Shown here piece by piece: positions 63,197 to 64,000 of a stretch of DNA of 64,000 nt. The position numbers and the translations under genes were made by a program. Within the stretch, counting starts at the first letter, position 1. Every line of letters starts with the position of its first letter. Source of the stretch: Styela clava (taxonomy: Eukaryota); NCBI RefSeq assembly GCF_964204865.1, contig NC_135256.1, positions 22,196,001 through 22,260,000 on the forward strand, read 5' to 3'. A model generated the notes under the pieces. It did not search any database. It saw only the letters and a list, made by a program, of their open reading frames with translations, and had not been told where the DNA came from.

Positions 63197-64000
63197 AAAT
63201 CGAGCCCGATTCATTATAGATTTCATAAACAATAGTAAAATGCATGAATGAATTGTCAATAGTGTGCCATCCAAATACGTCCTCATTGTTAATAACGTGC
63301 CATTTCTAACCTAACCACGCATTGTTCCCTATGTACTGTTGATAATGTGCCATTGTTAATAATGCACCATTCTCATGCTGATTCACTGAATACTGAAGGC
63401 TGAGCGCGTGGATTCCGATACAAGGTCAGATTAGTCCTTTGGTACGTATCGTTAGATGTCGCTCGTGCGTAACAATTTGAGAATTTTGCGATCGGACTTT
63501 GACCCGAGCATGTATGTCTATATATTCTTTGGAATCGGGTTGCGCCCGTTTTGACCCACAATAATTCTACAATGTTCTGCCCTGAGAGGTCGTAGATTAA
63601 ATGGCAATCGTTTTGTCGTTGGTAGTTGTAGTTCTGTAGCTATTGTGATTATTCCTAAGTACAGGCACACAAGGTAAAAATCGGAATTAGATTAATAGGG
63701 TCTCGTGTAGTGTCTTACCACAATGACTTATCTAGTCTGCAAGTGGGCGTGGCGTAACAATGTTTGCATATATCATTCCTGACTGACCCCATGTTATCTT
63801 TTTCAGAACTGGTTGCTTTTTCAGAACTTTAGTTGATATTTTCTGCAATGATATAGGCCTAATAATGGTTCAGCTTCTATTAATCATTTGGTTACTTTAG
63901 TTTATAATTAATTTTGGCTAAGTATTTGTTAATTCAATTTAATTTAATAGAAACAACAAAAATGTTTCGAAGTGTCAAATTGATTACATCAATGCCAGCA

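Overview
AT-rich animal genomic DNA with short GT-AG introns. It is tentatively an invertebrate chordate such as an ascidian; that is an inference, not proven. The ORF track is largely uninformative because most genes are spliced, so exon models were assembled by hand and checked for splice phase. Contents: (1) three tandem 9-exon class-A GPCR genes on + (6147-10819, 14823-18184, 21158-27975). The first two lie in a head-to-tail ~8 kb duplication, and their amino-acid differences are strongly concentrated in the extracellular loops. (2) An intronless cytosolic 5'-nucleotidase 1 (-). (3) A 9-10 exon orphan gene (-) encoding a ~745-aa Ser/Arg-rich protein with an N-myristoylation-like start. (4) An 11-exon MB21D2 orthologue (cGAS-like/Mab-21 nucleotidyltransferase, +) with an apparently complete catalytic signature. 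(5) An intronless class III ADH/GSNOR and an intronless CCDC59/TAP26-like gene, closely spaced on - (candidate operon). Introns and intergenic DNA are dense with non-autonomous transposons (hAT, Mutator-like, Tc1/mariner-pogo, DINE-1/Helentron-like, a tRNA-derived SINE and a 1.1 kb foldback), often nested and with readable TIRs and TSDs. No rRNA, genuine tRNA or CRISPR array was seen.
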